DNA of 64,000 nt from Epiperipatus broadwayi. Its lineage: Eukaryota; Animalia; Onychophora. How positions within the stretch are numbered: the stretch's first letter is position 1; each line of letters begins with the position of its first letter. The notes beneath the pieces were generated by a model, which saw only the letters and a list, made by a program, of their open reading frames with translations, was not told the origin of the DNA and did no database searches. The position numbers and the translations under genes were made by a program. Location: positions 6,758,001-6,822,000 of the forward strand of contig JAQFVV010000010.1 of assembly GCA_028023455.1 (NCBI GenBank), read 5' to 3'. Positions 12,700 through 25,032 of the stretch are shown here, piece by piece.

Positions 12700-13750
12700 A
12701 ATAAAGTGAATGAATGCACCAGTTCTTTATATTTATAATCTCTTCCTTATAATCTTTTTAACTTATCTTTTTCATTCTCTTTCAATTTTCTCTATCTTTT
12801 TTTAACTGTTCAAGTCCTTTCTCCATACAAAATAATATTTTGAAAAAAAAAGTTTAGAAACATCTTTGCTGGAAAAATTTTTGAAGGACTGCAAATAATT
12901 TAACAATCTGTTTAATCTTACAATTTTATTTTCTCTATCACAACTTCCATAATTGATTAACCAACTTCCAAAATATTTTTAAAAGCACCAACTTTTTCTT
13001 CCTGACCAGATACTTAGCCCAAAGTTACTACAAATTTCATCAATCTTATTAAATATTGTCACTTTTTTAATAGCTATCTTTCCTTCTTATCTATAGTTTT
13101 CCTAAATTCATTTCATATATGTTTTTTTAAGATTTGTTGAACAAATATTAATCTCTCTCTCTATTAACAAATATTTCTATAATCTATTAGACAACCATTT
13201 ACCTGAGACAGCTTTATTGGGTGGGAAAAAATCTTTTATCTTAATCATAATTTATATTACAATGCCTGCTAATTTTCTTAAAATCTCTTCCCCTATATTA
13301 TCTAGCAATTCAATTGGGATCTCATCAATTTCTTGAGCTTGAATAAGTATTTCATCTATTGCTTTTCCAAATTTTCTTCATGATTGCAAAGCTTATTTCG
13401 TTCCAGTCTACTAGACTTTTTATTTTATTTTTCACTTAACATAAGAAAAGGCTTGTTATCCCTATTTTATACTTTTGCATCTTTTCAATACCTCTACATG
13501 AGAAACAGGAATTCATTCTATTTAACATTCTTCAGAGCCATTCATTCAATGCAATCCTTTTTTTTTTTTTATCTAATTAAACTGTTCTTTTCTTCAATAA
13601 CTAACTCATTTCTACAAGTCTGTTTTTTCCACCCAAATATTTCTTTTCTAAACATATATGCCTAGCTTCATCAATTTCATATGCATATATATATTCTAAA
13701 TATATCAACATTAAAATTGTTCTAATTTTTTTCCTCTATATAATGACTTT
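12700..13750 (-). mobile_element. Degenerate RTE-like LINE ORF2 fragment
   Basis: 13350-13261 reads LIQAQEIDEIPIELLDNIGEEILRKLAGI (cf. KA.G.D.IP.ELL...GE pre-RT motif); strand-biased purine content; many stops. Confidence 0.5.
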
Positions 13751-13989
13751 TTATTCTTTAATTCATTTCACAATAATTGCAATATAAGAAAAACTCAAAA
13801 CAAAGGTCAATTACCTTATTAAAAGTCCAAAAGATATTATACATACAAATAGTCAAAATAAGAGTCATAGATCACATGACCCTATTCTCTTAAGCTTGTA
13901 AGTTATAAACAATGAGGATTGCCAATTCCTCAACAAGCTTTGTGTTAAATGCTTAGCCAGAGAAAGCATTTAAAATATGTCTGTCAGGA

Positions 13990-14052
13990 ACCCTTCCCCA
14001 AACCCCTGACCATGATTTCGTGCTTTGGCACTCCTCAGAGAGGTGTCAGGGT
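13990..14052 (-). ncRNA. Type I hammerhead (family 1), sense to the PARP pre-mRNA
   Basis: CCTCT CTGAGGA GTGC caaa GCAC GAAA TCATGG TC AGGGG: intact core, perfect stem II, GUC triplet. Confidence 0.88.
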
Positions 14053-14479
14053 AGGTTCAGACACTAGATCTAAAAATACCAACCCAAAGCTAGCACGAAA
14101 CCATGGTCAGGGGTTTAAGGAGGGATTCCTGACAGAGATATTTTAAATGCTTTCTCTAGCTAAGCATTTAACACAAAGCTTGTTGAGGAATTGGCAAACC
14201 TCATTGTTTATAACTTACAAGCTTAAGAGATTAGGGTCATGTAATGTATGATCTTATTTTGACTATTTATAGTCTCTGCCTTAAGTCTTATGCAAGGTTA
14301 TATTGCTAAGACTACTAATATATGGTATGGCTGAAGATCTATCAGCCCCATATAGATATTTGAGTTGGATAGCTGGGTTTGAAGACATGTAGTTGTCTGA
14401 AAATTTCAGATTTTTCACTCAATATATAACTTTTAGTTAAATGCTAGCTTTGGGTTGGTATTTTTAGATCTAGTGTCTG

Positions 14480-14550
14480 AACCTACCCTGACATCTCTCC
14501 GAGGAGTGCCAAAGCACGAAACCATGGTCAGGGGTTTGGGGAGGGGTTCC
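14480..14550 (+). ncRNA. Type I hammerhead (family 1), U4C variant
   Basis: TCTCT CCGAGGA GTGC caaa GCAC GAAA CCATGG TC AGGGG. Confidence 0.85.
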
Positions 14551-14904
14551 TGACAGAGATATTTTAAATGCTTTCTCTGGCTAAACATTTAACACAAAGC
14601 TTGTTGAGGAATTGGCAATCCTCATTGTTTATAACTTACAAGCTTAAGAGAATAGGGTCATGTGATCTATGACTCTTACTTGACTATTTATAGTCTCTGC
14701 CTTAAGTCTTATGCAATGTTATATTGCTAAGACTACTAATATATGGTATGGCTGAAGATCTATCAGCCCCATATAGCTATTTGAGTTGGATAGCTGGCTG
14801 GGTTTGAAGACATGTGGGTGTCTGAAAATTTCAGATTTTCCACTCAATATATAACTTTTAGTTAAATGCTTGCTTTGGGTTGGTATTTTTAGATCTAGTA
14901 TCTG

Positions 14905-14975
14905 AACCTACCCTGACATCTCTCTGAGGAATGCCAAAGCACGAAACCATGGTCAGGGGTTTGGGGAGGGGTTCC
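14905..14975 (+). ncRNA. Type I hammerhead (family 1), G10.1A variant
   Basis: TCTCT CTGAGGA ATGC caaa GCAC GAAA CCATGG TC AGGGG. Confidence 0.85.
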
Positions 14976-15330
14976 TGACAGAGATATTTTAAATGCTTTC
15001 TCTGGCTAAACATTTAAACACAAAGCTTGTTGAGGAATTGGCAATCCTCATTGTTTATAACTTACAAGCTTAAGAGAATAGGGTCATTTGATCTATGACT
15101 CTTACTTGACTATTTATAGTCTCTGCCTTAAGTCTTATGCAATGTTATATTGCTAAGACTACTAATATATGGTATGGCTGAAGATCTATCAGCCCCATAT
15201 AGCTATTTGAGTTGGATAGCTGGCTGGGTTTGAAGACATGTGGGTGTCTGAAAATTTCAGATTTTCCACTCAATATATAACTTTTAGTTAAATGCTAGCT
15301 TTGGGTTGGTATTTTTAGATCTAGTGTCTG

Positions 15331-15401
15331 AACCTACCCTGACATCTCTCTGAAGAATGCCAAAGCACGAAACCATGGTCAGGGGTTTGGGGAGGGGTTC
15401 C
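15331..15401 (+). ncRNA. Type I hammerhead (family 1), G10.1A variant
   Basis: TCTCT CTGAAGA ATGC caaa GCAC GAAA CCATGG TC AGGGG. Confidence 0.85.
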
Positions 15402-16542
15402 TGACAGAGATATTTTAAATGCTTTCTCTGGCTAAGCATTTAACACAAAGCTTGTTGAGGAATTGGCAATCCTCATTGTTTATATTATACATATATTTAT
15501 TAAATGAATAAGCACACACACAAATATATTTCTGGATAGGTAGAAATTTAATTAATTCCATTTTTTAAATGCAAACCTGTCAGTAATATATATATATAAC
15601 AGAACCAGAAATCTTTTTTTTTTTTTTTTAATTTATGTGTGTGTATAAAATATCTTTCCATCTTCATAAAATATAATTGGTTTCTATCTTACATACGATT
15701 TACTAGTATTAACAATAATGAAGATGTTTATATGGTTTTAATGAAACTAAATGCTGTAGTCTTGTACCTATCTATGTCTACTGATTATGATTTCATGATA
15801 TTTAATAAATACTGACTTTGTATTTAGCTAAACATTAAAACATTTTAATAGTCTTTATTGTATATTTAAAAATTTAACAGCTATTTATTATAAAACTATA
15901 ATTGATTATAAATTGTTAAGGTTTATAAAAAATGGAAATTGATTAAATTTCAGTTTTCTCTGGATTACATATTTGTATTATTTCTTATAAATTGTAATAA
16001 AAAAGATATAAACTTAATAATATATATTTTCATCTTGAACTATTTATATATCTTGCAGGTTTAATATTAAAAAATGGGATTAATTAAATTCTATCGTTTT
16101 TAATAAATATATGTATAGCATCTTTCACATGTCAGAGTAAGTTAGCAGGCATCCAACCGAGATAATTAGGTTTGTAAATTGTAGTTGATGATGAGGTGGT
16201 GCAGTAAATGAAGAGGATCTTCAATATAAATATTTTATTAATTTTTTAGAAATTGACAAATATGTAATATTGAGTTAACCAGAGGGCATATTAATGCTCT
16301 TATCATATATATATGTGTGTGTGTTTTATCTTCATCATTATATATATATATATAACAACATGGACCACATTATTATTCACAAAAGAGAGTTTATGTATTT
16401 TTATTTTGAAGAATTCCAATAGTAAAACCATAAATACCAAAATGATTTTTATAAAAATATTTAAATTACTTAATAAAAAATGATATAACACAAGGAGCTC
16501 TACTTTACTGTCATCTGGTGTAAGTTAGAGTAATCAGTGATT

Positions 16543-16793
16543 ACCAAATATATAAATAATTTCTATCCTTAGTATTTGAATCTCTGTTCTCAGACTGGTT
16601 TCTTAATAATATCACTAATATTTCCTGACATACATAAAAGATTATAAATAAGACTTTCTCAAAAGCAGACCAAATATATAAATAATTTCTATCCTTAGTA
16701 TTTGAATCCCCATTCTCAGACTGGTTTCTTAATAATGTCACTAATATTTCCTGATATACATAAAAGATTATAAATAAGACTTTCTCAAAAGCA
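16543..16793. repeat. 126-bp near-identical tandem duplication
   Basis: accaaatatataaataatttctatcc...ctttctcaaaagca starts at 16543 and 16669. Confidence 0.9.
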
Positions 16794-17870
16794 AATGTAT
16801 TAAAGATATTTTTTTTTTATATAAAAAAATGATCAATTTTCTCCAGATATTATTTGCTTATGATAATGTTGAATATGTGATAAGAAAATAATAAAAATAA
16901 TTAAAGCTGAAGAAATAAATGGCAACAAATGTTGACCATTCAATCATTTTTTTTTTTTTAAAAAAAGGAAGCTATTTATGGACTCTTTTATTCATTAACA
17001 TTTTAGATAATAATTTCATTTATTATTGCTTACAATATTAATTGGAACAATAATCACTGCTTATATCACTGCTTATATTTAAGTACTTTAAATGGAATCT
17101 GAATTTTACCTTTAATTTTAATTATGTATTTTAAAGTCATATTTATTTCTTAATATTAAATCATAAAACCAACGAATATAAATATTCCAGTCTTTGTTTG
17201 ATTGCCCCAGTTATATATGTATCCAAAAGAAATCAAAATTCTTAACCAATACTGCCAATAATAAACAATCAATCATAACATAATTTTGATCTCCAATTAA
17301 GCCTGGTATACACTTTAAAGGTATTATTATTATATGAATATATTTTGAAATACTTATCAGTGTTCATATTCAGATATGAATGCAATTACACAGTTGAGAA
17401 TAGATCACTTTTCTGTTGAAATATATACTAAAGTTTTTGGTATTTAAACTTTTCTATTCTTCATACTTCTTTTAATAATCATCCCATTATTAATTTTTTA
17501 CTCTTATTAAAAATCAATGCCTTCTTTTAAATTATCTTTAAATAAATTCCTATTTATAAAATTAAGTCTGTAATAATTTAATTTCCAATTACATATTTTT
17601 TAATTCATCGCTTTTTTGCTTAATATCCCCCCCCCCCCCCATCAAAAGTCTATAGGTAAATCATTTTTATTTTCTTCAAAATTTCTTAGTTATATATATC
17701 TACATCGTCCCCACAGTATGTACATGAACCCATAATAAATTATCTAAATAAAATCTAATTCCTTTTTTGAATTATATAAAAGCTTTTCACATCATTCTAA
17801 GCATTTTTTCCAATAATTTACAAAATAAAATCTTAAAGTCATTTTCTTATTCAATGATTTCATTATTAAA

Positions 17871-17920
17871 TTATAGAAATGTTTCGACTGTTCTAGAGAA
17901 TCATCATCAGTTTGCTATAT
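17871..17920 (-). ncRNA. Degenerate minimal hammerhead (PLE pLTR type)
   Basis: TATAGCAAA CTGATGA T GATT ctctagaac AGTC GAAAC ATT TC TATA. Confidence 0.45.
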
Positions 17921-19074
17921 ATCATTTTATTCTTGTATTATAAAGACTTATGATGCCTTCCCAGAATAATCACAATGCTTAAAAAATTTACTAATAATAC
18001 ATAGGTAAGAAGAAACAGTTTTACTTTATAAAATATATTATTTCTATTTTGTAGAATATTCCTAGTATAAATTCTCTTCTTTTGATTTTGATATGATCAA
18101 TTCCATTTAATAGAAAATTATTTTACCAATAAAAAAAAAAACATTTTACACTTCATAGTTCTATTCAATAATTTCTAATTTTTAATATATTCTTTTTTTC
18201 TACTGCAAGATTTCAACTATCGTTATATAACTTTTTATTCTCTTTCACAAAAATTATTTCAATTTCTATATATATATATATAAGTTCTCTAACTTCATTA
18301 CTTCCATAATTTTTCAGTCTAAGCACTATTAAGCTTTCATTTACAAGATTTGTTACATTGACTTTTGTCTTGTTTTAAAATAAAAACAATATCTATTCAT
18401 TTGCTACCCTGTTAAATGACTTCTCTGTATGCTTTTCATATCATTTTTACAGACCTATAATATTAAATTTTCATTTTTAGTATTAGATTTTCATAATATT
18501 TCTGATAGCTCATTTATTCTGATATTCAACATATCTTCTCTTATTATATCCTTAAACCAGTCTTTCTCAATAATGCCTAATGATGTTGATTTCAGACCAC
18601 AGTATGTTTTCAGCTCACCTCAAAAAAAAATCTTAAGTTACATAATATTACCAGCTTCAGTTTTTACTTTAATTTAAAAATTTTATAATTATTTCTACAT
18701 AATAAATTAAATGCAATAGTAATACTATATATTTAGAGAAAATATTAAAACCATTAATTAAATACAACCTTAATGCATTTTTGATGCCGAGTATCTTTGC
18801 CAAAGATAACAGTTATATTTATAATAGCAACATTGAATATAATGGTTGCTTTTGACAAGGGTGCTCAGAATCAAAACTGCATTAAGGTTGTACTTATTAT
18901 TTTCAATTCTTTCACTGAATATGCAGTATTAATAATGCTTTTAATTTACTACAATTCAATGATAAAGCTATTTTAGTGATTTAAGATCATTCCTAAATTA
19001 TATGCATATAAATTCCCTTTAAAACTACCTCTGATACATAAATGTCCTAATAAAAAATAAATAAAACATTTATG

Positions 19075-20163
19075 GGTACTGATACATATGACAATGCATC
19101 CTACTTGATGGTGGTGTTCCTAGCCAAAAGTAGTTGAAAATACCGTTTATCAGGCACAACTTTTCAATTGCTATCAGCAATTGAATCTTTTGGCTAGTTC
19201 ACACTTAGCCTACCATATCAGTTAGCTCTGACATGTGTTGTTTACACCTACACGAATGTTGACACTTAACATATCGCTAACTTATCACGATAGGGTGTGA
19301 ATAATTTTTAAGAACGGAAAGTGAATCAATATGCGGACAGAAGTAATTAGTTTCAAACCAAAACGAATTACTATAAGGTCCTCCAAATTGTCACACTGTA
19401 CCCAATGTCATAACCCTCCCTGTAAACGTGTTAAAATTAGGAAATGTGGCAATTTGGCATACCTTAATCTAAAGTCTCGTACCTTGCGAGAGCTTGTGTT
19501 GGTCAAAAAATGGCTACTTGTGAAAAAAAGTATTTGTTCAAGCTGCCTAATACTGAAGTGTCCGCTGTGGCCTTCCTGCAAAAGAAACCAATTCTACCAA
19601 CAGAGAAGACAAGTATGTGTGGTGAGAAAATGGTTCTAAGGAAATGTAGGACCTATGATATAGAACGCAAAAAGAGTTCTTGCCGTAGGTGTTCTGTTCG
19701 TAATGGTACCTGATTCGATGGCTACCCAAAAATCAAACTCTGTTTGAAGTAATAAAATAAACGTTATTCCTAAAAAAATTAACAAACTAACATTTTGCAA
19801 ATATATTAAATTACGGTTAACAAAAAAAAAAAAACTTAAAATAAAGGAACATTTATTACCAAACAAAAATAAAGTAATTAGTTTCAAAAATAATAAAATA
19901 ACATAATTTTAAATTTCTTACAAAAGAAAAAAATATTGGTTATTTTTATAAAAAGCTAAAATAAAGAAACATTTATTAAAAAAACCAAAAAAAGTAATTA
20001 GTTTCAAAAATAATAAAATAACATAATTTTAAAGAGTGGTCTGTGTATCGTTTACTTGTTAAAATATTGAAGAAAATGTAATGGCCCGGTAACGTTATGT
20101 CGAGGTGTTTTGTTGGAGGAACAACGCCATCAATCGGGATGGATTGTCATACGTATCAGTACC
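19075..20163 (+). mobile_element. Internally deleted Merlin (IS1016/IS1595-like) DNA transposon
   Basis: TIRs of about 45 bp, GGTACTGATAC(A/G)TATGACAAT...; perfect 8-bp TSD CATTTATG (19067-19074, 20164-20171). ORF 19510 MATCEKKYLFKLPNTEVSAVAFLQKK...MCGEKMVL...CRRCSVRNGT*FDG resembles a Merlin transposase N-terminus. Internal repeats with 120-bp period. Confidence 0.88.
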
Positions 20164-20355
20164 CATTTATGCAACCACCAGAAAAATCTTGAGAACTGCT
20201 GCTATATTCAAGAAAACTAAGTTTATACCAACATCTTTATGGATCCAAATTTCCTTTATACTTACAAACACATAAAATGGTAATTTTTCAAATTATAAAT
20301 AATTATTTAAAATATAAATAAAGCAAAAAATTCTATAAAACAGTTTTTCATTTAC

Positions 20356-20546
20356 CTTCCCAAATAAATGCCCAGATATTTGTGCATCAGGAGGTGCTAT
20401 TACTAATCCCCGAGACAATATGCCAAGTAAGTTAGAAAGTCTGGTACCATGCCATAATAACCAATGGTTGTCAACTCCACAATTTGCAATCTTTTCATTT
20501 TCACCAGCCCGGGATAAACGATAAATACATTCAACTTTTGCTTTAC
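20356..20546 (-). CDS. PARP gene exon, catalytic domain with triad His
   Basis: Acceptor ttattattttag, donor AAG|gtaaat; 191 nt; KAKVECIYRLSRAGENEKIANCGVDNHWLLWHGTRLSNLLGILSRGLVIAPPDAQISGHLFGK contains the LWHG and GL.IAPP...G..FGK PARP signature. Confidence 0.97.
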
Positions 20547-23500
20547 CTAAAATAATAAAAGTTAGATAAATAAAAATATACTTTAAAAATAAAACAGTGC
20601 ATATATGTGCACCAATTCTAGATAAGATCATTGTATATTTTTGTAAATAATATACTTTAATTAGAAGTCTAATTCAATTTTAAGTTTGCAAAATATTTAG
20701 AATTTTTTTTAAAAAAAATATTAACTGCTTAAAAAGAACCTAAAAAATTCTGTACATAAAAATCTTTTGGGTTAATTTTATTTATTTTTTCTGAAGAAAA
20801 ACTATATTCAAAGTTGTATTAAGCTAAAAAAAAGAATGTCAAGAAATAGTAAACTTCCATCAATGTTTATTGTAGTAGTCATGTATAGGAAACTAAACCA
20901 GCTTTCAGGCACAATACTCAGACAAACATGCACGATACTCTTTATAATAATCCTTTTTTAAAAAAAAGTGAAAAAAGAAGGCATTTGTCAGATGACAATA
21001 CCTCAAGCTAAGAATAGCAAGATATCCAATTGCAGATTAGAATTGGATGGTTTGTTGAGTTGGCTATGAGCAGGAATCGTGAAAAAAAAATCTTTATCTA
21101 ATTAAATCCTACTACACTTTTACTCAAAAATTTTATGTAGTTGAAGTGAGTTCTTTATCAAACTGATTGTAAATGTAAAATGATCATTAACATGTTAATT
21201 CTGTAAATGTAAATAATCATTTTGTGTTTGCTGTCAGTTTGATAAAGAGACTGCAGCATTAATATTAAACAGTATGTCAATTTAGAGTAGGTCAATTCAA
21301 TACTAAGATGCTTTGCTGATCTCAAAATTTAATTTGTAGGTCTGTAGGATAAGCTAGTTTTAATTGAAGTTGTGTTTTTTTTTATTTTATTTATTTAGTT
21401 GGGTTTTAGTGAGTGCGATATTATATATATATATGCGTATGTCCTAATGTAACAATTTTTATTTCCAAAAAAAATAAACTTTATAAACAATTTTATTATC
21501 TTTCTGTTAAAAATTTTATAGAGTTCGGAGACAATATTTAATCTGTAAAATTTTATCTTTTATTAATTAAGAGTTTAACTAAAATATAGTTTCATTTCCA
21601 TTAAATATTAGTCTGATGGCTTATCTAAAAAAATATTTTTTATCACTGGTTTGCTGATTGCGAAGTCGGATGGACAACAAGCGGTGGAGTTATATAAAAG
21701 ATCAACTAAAAATTATTAATCATTCCATTCCATGCTATGCTATTCTAATTGATCTGTGCTGCTGACTTCATTAGATCCTGCTTTACTCTGCTTGTGCTGT
21801 GTTATAAATACCTGTTTTGTAAAATGAACTCTGGACTCATTCCAGTTGCCGTATCTGAAGCCATATGCAGCAAAGGCACTTCAAATGTTGAATTTCTCTC
21901 CAGCATATGCTAAATTTGCCTGCCAACTGTCTTCATGAACTAGCCAATTTGCTGACCTTGTCATAGCAAAGCACTTCTCTGCAACCAAGGAACAAAGACT
22001 ACCCTGTGAAAATATATCAATCTTCTAAGAGTACTCATTTGATCATCTGTGCAAAAGTAAGAGCTCTCTACCTACATCATGGACTAATGGTAAAACTTTA
22101 CAAGAATTATATTTTTATTATATATATATTGGTAAGCTAGTCATATAAGAGTATATATAAATGTTGTTTCATTCATTCATATTTTATTGCTCATATATTT
22201 CTTAAGGTATAATTTTATTTTATATTTCAAATTTTTTTATGTCATTGATCTTACTTAGCTTGATATAGAGTATAAATTTTCCAGTTTTAATCCTTTAATG
22301 TCTTTGACAGTTAATTAGTCAATTAATCTTGGCAGTTGAAAATGTTAGTTTTTTTTTTTTTTAAGAATTAGTTAATTTTACTTTTAAAAATATTAAAAAG
22401 AATCTTTTAAGAGATTTTTCACTTTCAAGTACAACCTTAATTATTAAAAGCAGAAGAGTTATTGTTAGATTTAAAAGAAACTCGAAATTAATATTTTTTT
22501 ATACATATTTTTAATTAATAATGCCCCAGAACACAACATATTTACTTTTTTTCTCGATGTTCATGGGTGTGTGTACAATAATTTGTTTTTTTTTATATAT
22601 GCAAACCATTAAAGTAATAGCAGTTTACTTGTGTTTATATCATATATACCTGAAAGAAAGAGATATTGGTTTCTGTGTGTGCCTGCATATAAAGGATTCC
22701 TTTTTAAATATCATGGGAAGATTTATTTATTTGGCCTTTTAGTTATTACTATTTAGCAATGGGTTCAGCTAAATTTTAGCCCATGCTCATGTATATATTT
22801 TTCCGTAACCCATGTTTATTTACTGCATGATTAGCGGTCATTATTGCTTTTGCACTGGGTTAAGTGTAGCAAAGCTTTGTATGTCTTTTTATATACTTTT
22901 TTCAATGTTATTTAACATGGGTTACTTTGGACCTATTTATTATTGTTTAATATCTATTTTTCCTCTCATGCCTTGGATCTTGCCCTACATATGAGCTGTG
23001 TTATAAAAATTCAGCACACGTGAGATTGATAGTAATAAAATCTGCCTATGTTTAATTAATAAGTAATGTTTTTACAGAGATATATCACATATCTGCAATT
23101 TTTAAGCATAAGGAGATTTCTATTATATTCATACTCAACTATTTAATGAATAAAATTAATTCAAAGGTGAGAATAGAAACAATCAATTAAGAAAGACAAA
23201 AACTACTTATTTAAAAAGGTTTATAATAACTTAATATGATTGAGCTAACTATAGTTCAAACCCATTCATTATTGTAAACTAATTATTTTTTGTTTTGTGT
23301 TTTATTATTGTAATAAACAGTATTGTTAAGTATTAGATTTGTCTGGTGTTTATTTGCTGATGTCAACCCTAGCAATTATTTATTTTGCCATGAATCTCTA
23401 TTCTCCTTGATCTAGTGGCAATAATTAATTTATATATAGGTGAACAGTTGTGAAGGAACTTAATGAATATCCAGATAAACCAAAAATAAATATTGATGTG

Positions 23501-23680
23501 ATGTGATGTACTATGGCTTCTCTTTAAACGAAGTCAGGAATCTCTCAGCAATTATAAAACCTGTTAGCCACTTTATTTAGTCTAGGCTAGAGGCCTAGGG
23601 TTACCCTCTGTTGATATATTCAGTGCAGGCTGTTCAATATAATACTTACATTTGTTTGAAGTGCTGAAATAAATAGTTTA

Positions 23681-24450
23681 TATACGAGATATGACAATTT
23701 AATTTCTGGAATGCCCACGTGGTGTCAGCCATCACCTAATTGTATTGAAATAACACAAGTATTCATGTTTGAATATGCTTAGGCTAATGCATGTGAACTA
23801 GTTGTTAGTTAGCTAGTGAGAAGATAATAAATATCTGTGTATACGCTTTGGTGCAAATTTTGTGTGAAAATTGGAAAATATGTTACTGAAACTTTACAAC
23901 TGTTGCAAGTGGCATATGGTTAAGAAGCTAAGCAGAAATCTAATGGGTTTGAATGGCATAAGCGGTTCAAAAATGGGTGAGAAGATGTAACAGATGATCC
24001 AAGAAATGAATAGCCAAAACCAACAATGACTGAAGTTAATATTAATAAAGTGTGAGATGCAATACGCTCCAACAGATGATTATCTCTGAGATTGATAGTT
24101 GAAGAATTTCAGATTAATAGAGAAACAATTAAAGAATTGAACATGAGAAAGATTTATATGACATTTGTGCCTCGGATCTTGACAGAAAAACAGAAACAGC
24201 ATCAGTTTGATGAGACTTTTTGGGCAAAAAACCAATTACACAACTATACTATCCTGCATATTCACCTGACTTAGCTCCCTGTGATTTTTGGTTATTTCCA
24301 AAATTAAAAACTACTCTGAAAGGATGAACATTTTCTACTATAACTGACATCTAACAGAATGTGAGACAGCTGCTCAACTGTATTTCTAAAAATGAGTTCC
24401 AAGTGTGCTTCCAGAAATAGGAATGCCATTTTAATCAGTAATATAAATTC
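23681..24450 (+). mobile_element. Internally deleted mariner transposase relic
   Basis: Starts TATACGAGATATGACAAT (mariner TIR-like). Frames give FEWHKRFKNG, MRKIYMTFVPRILT and LAPCDFWLFPKLKTTLKG; DD catalytic segment missing. The 3' end abuts the family 2 element. Confidence 0.85.
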
Positions 24451-24454
24451 ACAC

Positions 24455-25032
24455 ATATATTGGTGATTATTTATCTTTTCCACATATATGTGTTCAAGTG
24501 TATCAGTGTTATGAGATACAGTGGAGAGTGGTGGGTCATGTGAAAGTCTGTCCTCATATACCCATATATTACATATATGGATATAGGTATATAATTAGCC
24601 TAAGTTTCAGTTATTACATAGTAGAGATGTCTGCCCATCCCTTGTATATGTATTAAATGGATTATGTCCTGTACATGAAGGGTCAGATTGACCTTGGGTC
24701 AACATGGGTGTGACAAAAATATCGGCCTCAGGGTGGCCTTTGAGCATTCCATCATCAGATTTTCAATTGGATGGACAGTTGAAAAGTTGGAGTGTGAAGT
24801 GGATTGAAGCCTGTCCATTGAAGTATGAAGATTGGCTATCTTAATATATATTTGAGCACTTATAGCATATATGTGTGGAGATAATAATCTGGACCAACTT
24901 ATGATTGCTGGTTTAGCATGAAATACGTATATTGGTGATTATTTATCTTTTCGACATATACATATATCAGTGTTATGAGATAGAATGGAGAGTGGTGGAT
25001 CATGTGAAAATCTGTGCTCATATATCCTATAT
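24455..25032 (+). mobile_element. HHR family 2 retrozyme/pLTR-like element, 472-nt unit x1.2
   Basis: TTGGTGATTATTTATC... starts at 24460 and again at 24932 (terminal direct repeat of about 100 nt); HHR at 24883-24947. Confidence 0.85.
24883..24947 (+). ncRNA. Type I hammerhead (family 2), G5 mutated
   Basis: ATAATC TGG ACCAA CTTATGA TTGCT ggttt AGCAT GAAA TACGTA T A TTGGT GATTAT; palindromic stem III ATACGTAT, AUA triplet. Confidence 0.75.

Larger units (their letters stand above)
13846..15481 (+). mobile_element. Retrozyme-like tandem array (family 1): about 425-nt unit x3.3 plus inverted 5' segment
   Basis: Unit spacing 421/425/426 nt measured at GTC|AGGGG (14108, 14529, 14954, 15380). 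13847-14095 is an inverted unit part. ATATTATACATA at 13834-13845 and 15482-15493. Confidence 0.93.

Noticed and set aside
14325-14420. CTGAAGA in each family 1 unit
   Set aside because: It forms a local CTGA/TCAG hairpin with no adjacent stem II-GAAA.
19331-19639. 102-aa Cys/Lys-rich ORF
   Set aside because: An overlapping alternative frame within the Merlin relic; the 19510 frame carries the transposase-like motif.
21640-22100. GC-richer stretch, possible coding relic
   Set aside because: No open frame or motif I could assign; probably decayed TE.
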